Source of the DNA: Nitrospira sp.
GTDB lineage: Bacteria; Nitrospirota; Nitrospiria; Nitrospirales; Nitrospiraceae
Length of the DNA stretch: 64,000 nucleotides
Assembly: GCA_047150005.1 (NCBI GenBank)
Contig: AP038806.1
Span: forward strand, 3,776,001-3,840,000
Reading direction: 5' to 3'
Within the stretch, counting starts at the first letter, position 1, and each line of letters begins with the position of its first letter. A program made the position numbers and the translations under genes. The notes below the pieces were generated by a model. The model was not told the DNA's origin. It searched no databases and saw only the letters and a program-made list of their open reading frames with translations. Shown piece by piece: positions 8,998 through 17,122 of the stretch.

Positions 8998-11641
8998 GCA
9001 GGCGAAGGTGAAGACCTCGACGCCGGTCCAATCCATCAAACACAAGGACAAGCGAGCGAATATTCCCACCGAGGAACTGCGCGACTTCGTCGCCGACGAA
9101 GAGGCCACACCCAAGAGCATGCTCTATCCGCGCGACCCGTCGCTCGATCCGCAGTTGGTGTGGAAAGGCAAAGACGAGCAGGATCGGCAGGACCTCGCCG
9201 TGCCGGTAGTGCCGATCTATATCCAAGAGAAGATTCAGCCGCAAGCCATCATCGAAGACCTGAGGGCACAGAGCAGGACGAGCGACGACCGGATCGCCGA
9301 GGAGATGGCCGCCTACCAGACCAAGCTCTTCGGCGACTTCAACGGCCTGCCGGACAACTTCGACGACCGGGTGGACTTCTACCATCACCAAGGCCACTGG
9401 TCGAATCGCATGATCCTGGGCGATTCGCTGCTCGTGATGACGTCACTGGCTGAAAAAGAAGGGCTCAAGGGCAAAGTTCAGTGCATCTACTTCGATCCGC
9501 CGTACGGCATCAAGTTCGGGTCCAACTGGCAGGTCAGTACGCGCAAACGGGATGTAAAAGACGGCAAGGCCGAAGATGCCACTCGCCAGCCCGAACAGAT
9601 CCGCGCTTTCCGCGATACCTGGAAGCTGGGCATTCATTCTTATCTGGCGTATCTACGCGATCGGCTCGCGGTGGCTCGGGAACTGCTGACCGAAACAGGC
9701 AGCATTTTTGTGCAGATTGGGGATGAGAATGTGCATCTCGTCCGTAACGTCCTCGACGAGGTATTTGGGAGCGAAAATTTTTGCTCGATCATAAGTGTGA
9801 CCAAGACTAGCAGTGCAACAACCGAACTACTTGCTGGCGTGGCTGATTACCTGCTCTGGTTTGCTAAAAGCAAGTGCGCCGTTAAGTACAGAAGCCTCTT
9901 CAATCTAAAGCCGGCAGCTGTAGATGGCAGTGCATATGGACGGGTTCTCTTGAGCGACGGACGAAAGCGATCAATGACCGGTGAGGAACGCGTTGATCCT
10001 TCTCTTCTGCCCCCAGGAAGTAGAATTTACCGGATTGACAATCTCACCAGCCAGCGTCCACCTGGTGATTTCCCCGTCGAATTAGATGGCAAGGTTTATA
10101 GGCCTAATCGCGGATATTGGAAAACCGGCGAGGCCGGGATGCTGAACCTCAAGAAAGCCATGCGGCTTGAAGCGACAGATGGCGGGCTCTACTACGTTCG
10201 GTTCCTTGAGGACTTTCCCGTTTTGGGGATGTCCAATATCTGGTCGGATACCGGTGTCGCAGGTTTTGCATCAGACAAGAAATACGTCGTTGAGACGTCA
10301 ACAAAAGTGGTTGAACGGTGCCTCCTCATGACCACCGACCCAGGCGATCTTGTCCTCGATCCCACTTGTGGGAGCGGCACAACAGCTTATGTGGCAGAAC
10401 AGTGGGGCAGACGCTGGATTACTTGTGATACGTCACGTGTCGCATTGGCCCTTGCCCGCACGAGGTTGATGGCGGCGAAGTACCCCTACTATATCCTCGC
10501 CGATTCACCAGAAGGACTGAAGAAGGAAGCTGAGGTCACCGGCACCCTCACCCCAGCCCTCTCCCAAAGGGAGAGGGGAAGTTTTGAGGGCGATATCAAG
10601 AAGGGCTTTGTGTGCAAGCGCGTACCGCACGTGACGCTCAAGTCCATTGCCAACAACCCGGACATCAAGGAAGGCATGAGCCGTGAGGCCATCGACGCGG
10701 CGATTGCCAAACATGCCGAGACCGAAACACTCCACGATCAACCCTATGAGGACAAGAGCCGCATCCGCGTGAGTGGTCCCTTTACGGTCGAAAGCTTGTC
10801 GCCTCATCGGGTCTTGGCCACCGCAGACGACAACTTGGATGGGACTGTTTCCGAAAAAGAGGCTCACCGTCAGCAGGACTTCGGTACCATGATCCTGGAG
10901 AATCTCAAGAAGGCCGGGGTGCAGAACACCCGGAAGCAAGAGCGATTGGTCTTCGAGACGCTGGAGCCTTTTGCCGGTACCTGGATCAATGCGCAGGGGA
11001 CCTACCGCGACAGCGACGGCAAGCGCAAGCGGGTGGCAGTCTCCCTCGGGCCTGAGCATGGCACGGTCGGCCCGCAGCAAGTGAAGGAAGCGGCGAAGGA
11101 AGCCGTGCAGGGGCTGGGCTTCGACCTGCTCATTGTCTGCGGCTTTGCATTCGACCCACATGTGACCGAAGAAGTGAAGCGCTATGGCAAGCTGACGGTC
11201 CTGCCGGCCCGCATGAACCCCGACCTCGCCATGGGGAACGAGCTACTCAAGAAGACCGGAGCCGGCAATCTCTTTACCGTCTTTGGCGAACCCGACATTG
11301 GGCCGCTCGATAAGAAAACCGGCAAGCTCAAGCCTCAAACGGATGGGCGGTACGAGGTCGAGATCAAAGGACTGGACATTTACGATCCGACGACCGGCGA
11401 GATCCGCAATTCCTCCACCGACGATATCGCTTGCTGGTTCATCGACACGGATTACAACGGCGAGAGCTTCTTCGTCCGCCATGCTTATTTCATTGGCGCC
11501 GACGAGCCGTATGAAAAGCTCAAGCGCGCGCTCCGCGCCGAGATCGACGAAGCCGCCTGGGCGAGCCTCAACAGCACCAAGAGTCGTCCCTTCCCCAAAC
11601 CCAAGACCGGCAAGATCGCCATCAAAGTCATCAACCACTAG
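8984..11641 (+). CDS. Site-specific N6-adenine DNA methyltransferase (type III Mod-like); likely premature TAG 12 codons early
   Basis: YFDPPYG motif IV, VLDPTCGSGTT motif I; frame continues GDEVLKVFEVS to TGA 11677. Confidence 0.9.
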   Translation: MPPRKQAKVKTSTPVQSIKHKDKRANIPTEELRDFVADEEATPKSMLYPRDPSLDPQLVWKGKDEQDRQDLAVPVVPIYIQEKIQPQAIIEDLRAQSRTSDDRIAEEMAAYQTKLFGDFNGLPDNFDDRVDFYHHQGHWSNRMILGDSLLVMTSLAEKEGLKGKVQCIYFDPPYGIKFGSNWQVSTRKRDVKDGKAEDATRQPEQIRAFRDTWKLGIHSYLAYLRDRLAVARELLTETGSIFVQIGDENVHLVRNVLDEVFGSENFCSIISVTKTSSATTELLAGVADYLLWFAKSKCAVKYRSLFNLKPAAVDGSAYGRVLLSDGRKRSMTGEERVDPSLLPPGSRIYRIDNLTSQRPPGDFPVELDGKVYRPNRGYWKTGEAGMLNLKKAMRLEATDGGLYYVRFLEDFPVLGMSNIWSDTGVAGFASDKKYVVETSTKVVERCLLMTTDPGDLVLDPTCGSGTTAYVAEQWGRRWITCDTSRVALALARTRLMAAKYPYYILADSPEGLKKEAEVTGTLTPALSQRERGSFEGDIKKGFVCKRVPHVTLKSIANNPDIKEGMSREAIDAAIAKHAETETLHDQPYEDKSRIRVSGPFTVESLSPHRVLATADDNLDGTVSEKEAHRQQDFGTMILENLKKAGVQNTRKQERLVFETLEPFAGTWINAQGTYRDSDGKRKRVAVSLGPEHGTVGPQQVKEAAKEAVQGLGFDLLIVCGFAFDPHVTEEVKRYGKLTVLPARMNPDLAMGNELLKKTGAGNLFTVFGEPDIGPLDKKTGKLKPQTDGRYEVEIKGLDIYDPTTGEIRNSSTDDIACWFIDTDYNGESFFVRHAYFIGADEPYEKLKRALRAEIDEAAWASLNSTKSRPFPKPKTGKIAIKVINH
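10545..10578 (+). repeat. REP-like palindrome inside the methyltransferase coding sequence
   Basis: CCCTCACCCCAG-CCCTCTCCC-AAA-GGGAGAGGG, read in frame as TLTPALSQRERG. Confidence 0.75.
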
Positions 11642-11797
11642 GGCGACGAAGTGCTGAAGGTGTTCGAAGTCTCGTGACCGAGGTGACGTGATGACCAGAG
11701 GGCTACGAGCGAGCAGAAAAACGGGGACATTCTACTTTTCTACGAGGGGATGAAAAAGGGGACAGGCTGAGCTACCCCCGATTTCATGGACACCAAG

Positions 11798-12658
11798 TTA
11801 AGGCACATGTGCGGCTTCAAACTGTACCGGGCTGACATAACCCAGGGCCTGATGGAGCCGCTGTCGATTGTAGAACACCTCGATGAATTCAAATACCGCG
11901 GTCTGCGCCGCCTCAGGGGTCCAGAAGTCCTGATCATGGACCAGTTCATTCTTGAGCGTACTGAAGAAACTCTCGACCACGGCATTGTCGTAACAGTTGC
12001 CCTTCCGACTCATGCTGGCTACGAGCCCGGTCTGTGTCAACTGCCGTTGATAGGCCAGGCTCGTGTACGTGGCGCCCTGGTCCGTGTGATGGATCACGCC
12101 CGGTTGTGGGCGTCGGTGGGTGAGCGCCATCTGCAACGCCGTCACGGCCACGTGCTGATCCGGCTTACGACTCATGGCCCAACCGATCACACGGCGCGAG
12201 TACAGGTCCAGGATCACGGCCAAGTACACCCAGCCCGCTCGGGTCGCAATGGCGGTCAGATCGCCGGCCCAGATGCGATTGGGAGCCGCAGCCCCAAACC
12301 GCTGTTGCAGCCGGTTGGGCGCCGGCGGCGCGAACTCATGGGGCTCGTGCCTCACGCGGAATCGCCGGATCCGCTTGGCAAGCAACCCCTGCTGGCGACG
12401 CAGGCGCGCCACCCGATGGCGCCCACAGGGGACGCCCGCGGCCACCAGTGCCCGCCACAGCTTGAGCGCCCCATAGCGCTCTTTCCTCTGCCGATGGAGT
12501 TGGGTCATCCGCTCCACCAAGTCGGCATTGGCCCGAGCCCGTGCACTGAGCGGACGGCGACGCCAGGCGTAGTATCCGCTCCGACTGACGGCCAAGACCT
12601 GACAGAGCCGCTCAATCCGATGCTGGTGCTGATGGGTCTGAATGAACTGGTACGTCAT
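11798..12658 (-). CDS. IS3 OrfB (DDE integrase core)
   Basis: WAGDLT, YLAVILDLYSRRVIGW, HHTDQG, GNCYDNAVVESFFSTLKNE. Confidence 0.95.
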   Translation of the reverse strand: MTYQFIQTHQHQHRIERLCQVLAVSRSGYYAWRRRPLSARARANADLVERMTQLHRQRKERYGALKLWRALVAAGVPCGRHRVARLRRQQGLLAKRIRRFRVRHEPHEFAPPAPNRLQQRFGAAAPNRIWAGDLTAIATRAGWVYLAVILDLYSRRVIGWAMSRKPDQHVAVTALQMALTHRRPQPGVIHHTDQGATYTSLAYQRQLTQTGLVASMSRKGNCYDNAVVESFFSTLKNELVHDQDFWTPEAAQTAVFEFIEVFYNRQRLHQALGYVSPVQFEAAHVP

Positions 12659-12948
12659 GGCGACTCCCGCGCAAAGTACACCGCGGCTTTTTTTAAAATG
12701 TCGCGCTCCTCACGGAGGCGTGCATTCTCTCGTCGCAAGCGTGTCAGCTCATCCGTGCTGTGGGCCCGACCGCCCTTACCAGGGAACGCCGCGGCGCCGT
12801 GCGTTTCGAGTTCCAGCTGCCACTTGTATAGGTGGTTCCGGCGCAACCCCAACTCGCGGGCCACGGCGGCGGCGGGTTTCCCCGACGATTTCCACAGCCG
12901 GACCGCTTCCAGTTTGAACTCTTTGGTGAACGGTTGTCGCTTCGCCAT
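12655..12948 (-). CDS. IS3 OrfA (HTH plus leucine zipper)
   Basis: FTKEFKLEAVRL...VARELGL...LYKW...LRRENARLREERDILKKAA. Confidence 0.93.
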   Translation of the reverse strand: MAKRQPFTKEFKLEAVRLWKSSGKPAAAVARELGLRRNHLYKWQLELETHGAAAFPGKGGRAHSTDELTRLRRENARLREERDILKKAAVYFARESP

Positions 12949-13233
12949 CGGACACCTCCTGGGGATGCATTGTCCCCTTTTTGAAGTGTCCACGAAAGTG
13001 GGGCTAGCTCAGCCTGTCCCCTTATTCTGTCCCTCGGGACCGTCAATCGTACCAAGCAACGGCATAGCCAAGCGCATCAAGAAGTAGAAAAACCGAGAAA
13101 TGCAGGGCACAGCTGAGCGCGCGAAATGGGTTCTCTCCAAGCTGGAACCCGCGAAATAGATCCCCGCAGATCCATTCATTTTCCTTTACCCACACGCATG
13201 GCGTATTCCCTACGTTACATGTAGAATGCCCGC

Positions 13234-13422
13234 ATGACACAGCCCGTGAGGTTATCCTGCCGGCAGACTTCTCAACGACGAGCCAGTGGCCTCAGTGAGC
13301 GACGTTCTGAGGACAAGCTTGCGGAGATCCGCAACATGTCCGCCGCTCAACGGCTCGCGCTCGCTTTCCAACTGTCCGATACCTGCTACGAGTTGCAGCG
13401 CGCGTGTTCGTCCAAGCGCTAA
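13234..13422 (+). CDS. Small hypothetical protein (possible orphan TA component)
   Basis: 62 aa, MSAAQRLALAFQLSD-type helix; TAGAAT -10 box just upstream. Confidence 0.45.
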   Translation: MTQPVRLSCRQTSQRRASGLSERRSEDKLAEIRNMSAAQRLALAFQLSDTCYELQRACSSKR

Positions 13423-13448
13423 TCGAAATTGTCCGTCGCCTCGGAAAG

Positions 13449-13530
13449 AAAAAGGGGACAGGCTACTTTTCCTCTCAATTACGGCCGACAAAGTTGCTAT
13501 AAAACCAGCCTGTCCCCTTATTCTGTCCCT
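13449..13530. repeat. GGGGACAGGC...GCCTGTCCCC inverted repeat element
   Basis: aaaggggacaggctactttt (spacer) accagcctgtccccttattctgtccc; related half-sites at ~11722, 11757, 13012, 14775, 15997, 20718, 21469, 28487. Confidence 0.8.
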
Positions 13531-13624
13531 TGGTGCAACGAGGGTTGCGCCGTACGGACAAAACAAAGGGGTCGGGAGTCGTTGTTTGGAAGCTCTGCCC
13601 GCCGTAGCTCTTGAGTCGGCCCGC

Positions 13625-13830
13625 GGAAAACACGAGGACATTCTGGTTTTCGGCGTCCCGCACCGTCGCGAGACCGCGAGGTTCATCTCGGAGCATTTCT
13701 GCTGATCCGCCGAAGCATAATCCACAGTGGTAAGACCTGTGGGAAGGGATGCGTTGAAGATGGGCCTGGATATCCTGCTCCCCGCTTAAAACATGCGGGG
13801 ACAAGCTTCGCGGGAATGACGGAATTCCCA
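13625..13830 (+). repeat. Composite repeat ending in dRS3-like REP (with nested hairpin)
   Basis: Near-identical to 21272-21437 and 22328-22476; ends ctgga...cttcgcgggaatgac. Confidence 0.9.
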
Positions 13831-13952
13831 AACATAGAAGCAGAAGGGGACATGCGAGGTTGCCTCTGGTCTGAAACAGGCTGTTGGGTGAGCGTTGTAG
13901 GCAATTTCTTGGGAACCTGCTATAAAATGACTCGCGAGCGGAGAGACTTCCC

Positions 13953-14273
13953 ATGAGCGAAGCGGTTCATGCGATCATCAAAGAACTTCGAGCGCAGCTT
14001 GAGACGCTGTATGGCCCTCGTCTGGCGCGGATGGTGCTCTACGGCTCGCAAGCTCGCGGCGATGCCGAGCCGGACTCAGACATCGATGTGCTGGTGGTTT
14101 TGCAAGGTCAGGTGTCTCCTGGAGAGGAAATCGCCCGAACCAGTGACATCATCGCCTCGCTCTCTCTCAAGCACGGGGTGGTACTCTCGAGGGCGTTTGT
14201 GTCGTCAGACCGCTTCGAACGTGAACAGAGCCCCTTGCTGATGAATATCCGGCGCGAAGGCGTCGCGGTATGA
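13953..14273 (+). CDS. MNT nucleotidyltransferase antitoxin
   Basis: LYGSQARGDAEPDSDIDVLVV; ATGA overlap with HEPN gene. Confidence 0.9.
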   Translation: MSEAVHAIIKELRAQLETLYGPRLARMVLYGSQARGDAEPDSDIDVLVVLQGQVSPGEEIARTSDIIASLSLKHGVVLSRAFVSSDRFEREQSPLLMNIRREGVAV

Positions 14274-14667
14274 CACCGGATCAGGCGGCATTACTCCGCA
14301 AAGCCCACTCCAGCCTTCACGCTGCCAAACTCTTGGCGGGGGAGAAACTGTTTGACTTTGCGGTGTCTCGCGCCTACTACACCATGTTCTAGTGACAGAA
14401 GCCTTGTTGCTGGGACAGGGCCTCTCGTTTTCCAAGCATTCTGCTGTGCTGGCTGCGTTTGGAGAACGTCTTGCGAAGCCGGGTCTTGTGCCGTCGCAGT
14501 TTCACAAATACTTGCTCGACGGCGATGACAGCCGTCATGTGGGTGATTATGACCTCGGCCCTGGATTATCGGATTTGGAAGCTGCCGAGCAGATCCGTCG
14601 GGCGCAACAGTTCTTGGATTTGGCCGCGCGGCTCATTGACCCGCTGCCGGCATCAGGCTCACCATAG
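14270..14667 (+). pseudogene. HEPN-domain toxin, frameshifted
   Basis: MTPDQAALLRKA...AVSRAYYTMF then TAG at 14390; shifted frame continues VTEALLLGQGLSFSKHSAVLAAFG...RHVGDY (1-bp deletion in TAC GTG). Confidence 0.85.
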
Positions 14668-14854
14668 GTATTCGTGGCGACCAGGGAGAAAAAACGGGGA
14701 GATTCTGGTTTTCGGCGTCACGCACCGTCGCGAAATGGCCAGGTTGATTTCGGTTTAGTGCTGCACAAGACAAAGGTGACAGGCTACTTCTCGTAGTAGC
14801 TCTCCACGGATGAAGCTGCGAGAAAACCAACGGTAGTGGGTCAGTTCCTCTTAC

Positions 14855-14880
14855 GTCATGCCCGCGAAAGCGGGCATCCA
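14855..14880. repeat. dRS3-like REP (left partner of an inverted doublet)
   Basis: gtcatgcccgcgaaagcgggcatcca, inverted to the IS-interrupted tggattccc|gctttcgcgggaatgac. Confidence 0.8.
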
Positions 14881-14926
14881 TCCCTCGATCAAAACTAAAA
14901 CTGAAGAGAAGGCTTTGTCTGGATTC

Positions 14927-15963
14927 CCTAGATTCACAAACGAAGTGCAACACCTGTGGGGTAAGGTGTTGCAATGGGACGACACTATGCGCAGCTCTCC
15001 TTGGAAGACCGGTGTACGATTGCCCGGGCTCGCGAAGCCGGGCAAACCATCCGCCAAATTGCAGCAGCTCTGGATCGCGCGCCATCGACCATTCTGCGGG
15101 AACTGAGGCGCAATCGCGGCGCCCAGGTGGGCTATGCGCCTGCCTATGCCCAGGAGCAGACCCGCAGCCGCCGCTGGCGCGGGAGTCGTCTGCTCCGGCA
15201 ACCGGCGCTGCAGGCCCACGTCCTGCGCTGGTTGGGGCAGGGCTGGTCGCCCGCTCAAGTCGCCGGCCGGCTCAAGCGCGACGGCTGCGCGCTGCGCATC
15301 AGCTCCGAGTCGATCTACCGCTTCATCGCCAGCCAGATCCGCCGGACGAAAGACTATCGCTGGCGGCATTATTTGCCGCGGGGCAAAAGCAAACGCGGGT
15401 GGCGGGGGCGCAAAGGCGGCAGTGCCGTGGACCACATCCGCAGCCGCGTCCCCATTAGCGAGCGACCGGCGGCGATCCAGCAGCGGCAGGACCCTGGCCA
15501 TTGGGAGGCCGATCTGATGCTGTTTGCGAAATATGGCCAGGCGGTCCTGGTGACGCAGGAACGCCGCTCGCGCGTGTTGGTGGCCAGCCGGCAACCCACG
15601 AAGGGGGCCCAGCCGGTGGCCGCCCGACTCACGGCGCTGTTTGCCGCCCTGCCTCCGGCCCTGCGCCGGACCATCACGTTCGATAACGGCACGGAGTTCG
15701 CGTATCACGATCAGCTGCACCCGCTCGGCATGCGCACCTACTTTTGTGACCCGCATGCCCCGTGGCAAAAAGGGGGTATCGAAAACGGTATCGGCCGGAT
15801 GCGCCGTGCCCTCCCCCGGAAAACTGACTTGGCCACGCTCTCCACCCGCCGCTTGCTGGCGCTGGTGCGGGCGTATAATCACACCCCGCGCAAGTGTCTC
15901 GACTATGAGACACCGGCCGAGGTGTTTACTCGTGATCTGTTGCACTTCAAATGTGACTCCACC
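14927..15963 (+). mobile_element. IS30-family element type B, copy 1 (~1037 bp)
   Basis: IRs tagattcacaaacgaagtgcaaca and tgttgcacttcaaatgtgactcca; near-identical to two other copies; exact ends +/-2 bp. Confidence 0.93.
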
Positions 15964-15984
15964 TTCCCGCTTTCGCGGGAATGA
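14974..15984 (+). CDS. IS30-family transposase
   Basis: GHWEADL, TFDNGTEF, YFCDPHAPWQKGGIEN, YNHTPRKCLDY. Confidence 0.95.
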   Translation: MGRHYAQLSLEDRCTIARAREAGQTIRQIAAALDRAPSTILRELRRNRGAQVGYAPAYAQEQTRSRRWRGSRLLRQPALQAHVLRWLGQGWSPAQVAGRLKRDGCALRISSESIYRFIASQIRRTKDYRWRHYLPRGKSKRGWRGRKGGSAVDHIRSRVPISERPAAIQQRQDPGHWEADLMLFAKYGQAVLVTQERRSRVLVASRQPTKGAQPVAARLTALFAALPPALRRTITFDNGTEFAYHDQLHPLGMRTYFCDPHAPWQKGGIENGIGRMRRALPRKTDLATLSTRRLLALVRAYNHTPRKCLDYETPAEVFTRDLLHFKCDSTFPLSRE

Positions 15985-16174
15985 CGGAACTCCCAAACAG
16001 GCTACTTTTCGCAAAGAGGGTGACTACTCCGCGTTTCTTCATCCTCTCGGTTTAGCGAGGGCCAAACACCCTATCGAAGTGCTTGGTGAGGCGGCCAGAA
16101 GGTGGCGCGGTAATCTGCTGCGATTGCGTCTATTCCCGTTCTGACATCGCCTCAGAATTGTTCTATACTCCGGA

Positions 16175-16402
16175 ATGCCTGTTCACTCGAATCTATCCTT
16201 TTCCGAATCTCTCTCCGGTGATCATCGCCGAACCTTCTACGAAAACCATCGGTCGCTTGCGCTGTTCATGATTCTGGTGGTGTTCCTGTCGCCGTTCGCC
16301 GGGCTCTACGTCGCGAACCTGTTCGGCGCCGTGCTTGGAGTACTCCTCTCCGTGGCCGCCTTTTATTTCACTCCCTACATCTGGCTCAAGATCGCCGGCT
16401 GA
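16175..16402 (+). CDS. Small membrane protein (2 TM)
   Basis: Two hydrophobic segments; TATACT box just upstream. Confidence 0.6.
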   Translation: MPVHSNLSFSESLSGDHRRTFYENHRSLALFMILVVFLSPFAGLYVANLFGAVLGVLLSVAAFYFTPYIWLKIAG

Positions 16403-16452
16403 CAAGAGTGTAATGCAATGCTAGGTTACGCTTTCTAGAAGGAGACCTTCAC

Positions 16453-16932
16453 ATGCCTAAAATTTACATCTGCCTCTGGTCCAACGACAAAGCCGAGGAC
16501 ATGGCCAAATTCTACAAATCCGTCTTCAAAGGCACCAAGATCGGTACAACGTGGTATTGGGGCCCGAATCCGATGCGAGTCAAGCAAGGCTCCGTGCTAA
16601 CCATGGACATCACCGTGCTGGGACAACGGATCATGCTGTTGAACGGGTTTTCCAAGATGCCGTTCAACGAGTCCGTCTCCTTAGTCGTGCCATGCAAAAC
16701 CCAGCGCGAGATCGACACCTATTGGAAAGCCCTGCTCCGAGGCGGCGGAAAGCCCGTGCAATGCGGCTGGCTGATCGACAAGTTCGGCGTCCGTTGGCAG
16801 GTCTTCCCGGTCGAAATCGAAAAGTGGCAGGCCAGCAAGAACAAGAAAAAGAAACAGGCCATGAACGAAGCCATGTGGAAGATGGTCAAACTCGACGCCA
16901 AAAAGCTTAAAGAGGCCTTTGACCGCACCTGA
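16453..16932 (+). CDS. VOC/PhnB-like protein (3-demethylubiquinone methyltransferase family)
   Basis: FNESVSLVV.C.TQREIDTYW..L...QCGWLIDKFGVRWQV; RBS AAGGAG. Confidence 0.88.
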   Translation: MPKIYICLWSNDKAEDMAKFYKSVFKGTKIGTTWYWGPNPMRVKQGSVLTMDITVLGQRIMLLNGFSKMPFNESVSLVVPCKTQREIDTYWKALLRGGGKPVQCGWLIDKFGVRWQVFPVEIEKWQASKNKKKKQAMNEAMWKMVKLDAKKLKEAFDRT

Positions 16933-17122
16933 ACCGCAAACAAACCAATCTCTCCTCTTTTCTGGATTCGGCCGTTTTGGTAGAGTCGCCCGCCAGCACC
17001 GTATCGAGCTTGGGCAGTGCGTGATCATTGCGCGCCGCCAATCTCAACAACCCCTTGTGAATGTCTCTTCGCGCGGTGGTGCCCACTGACGAAGCGACGT
17101 TCGGAAAGTCGTACCATATCAG

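Larger units (their letters stand above)
11768..13011 (-). mobile_element. IS3-family insertion sequence (~1244 bp)
   Basis: TG...CA ends; IRs tgagctacccccgatttcatggacac and gtgtccacgaaagtggggctagctca; orfA plus orfB with an AAAAAAAG slippery site near 12690. Confidence 0.92.

Noticed and set aside
11786..13087. 433-aa plus-strand ORF
   Set aside because: Antisense shadow of IS3 orfAB
13043..13240. Short minus-strand ORF right of IS3
   Set aside because: No convincing start, RBS or family motif; possibly gene debris
11639..14392. Genome-wide amber recoding suggested by two TAGs at expected Tyr positions
   Set aside because: The second (14390) is a frameshift, not an in-frame stop, and many intact genes here end in TAG
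14851..16014. Long ORFs antisense to the IS30 copies (also 22320-23699 and 30585-31769)
   Set aside because: Shadows of the GC-rich transposase gene with no recognisable motifs
16070..16105. IEVLGEAARR peptide resembling a DUF86 toxin fragment
   Set aside because: Only about 10 residues; chance match cannot be excluded
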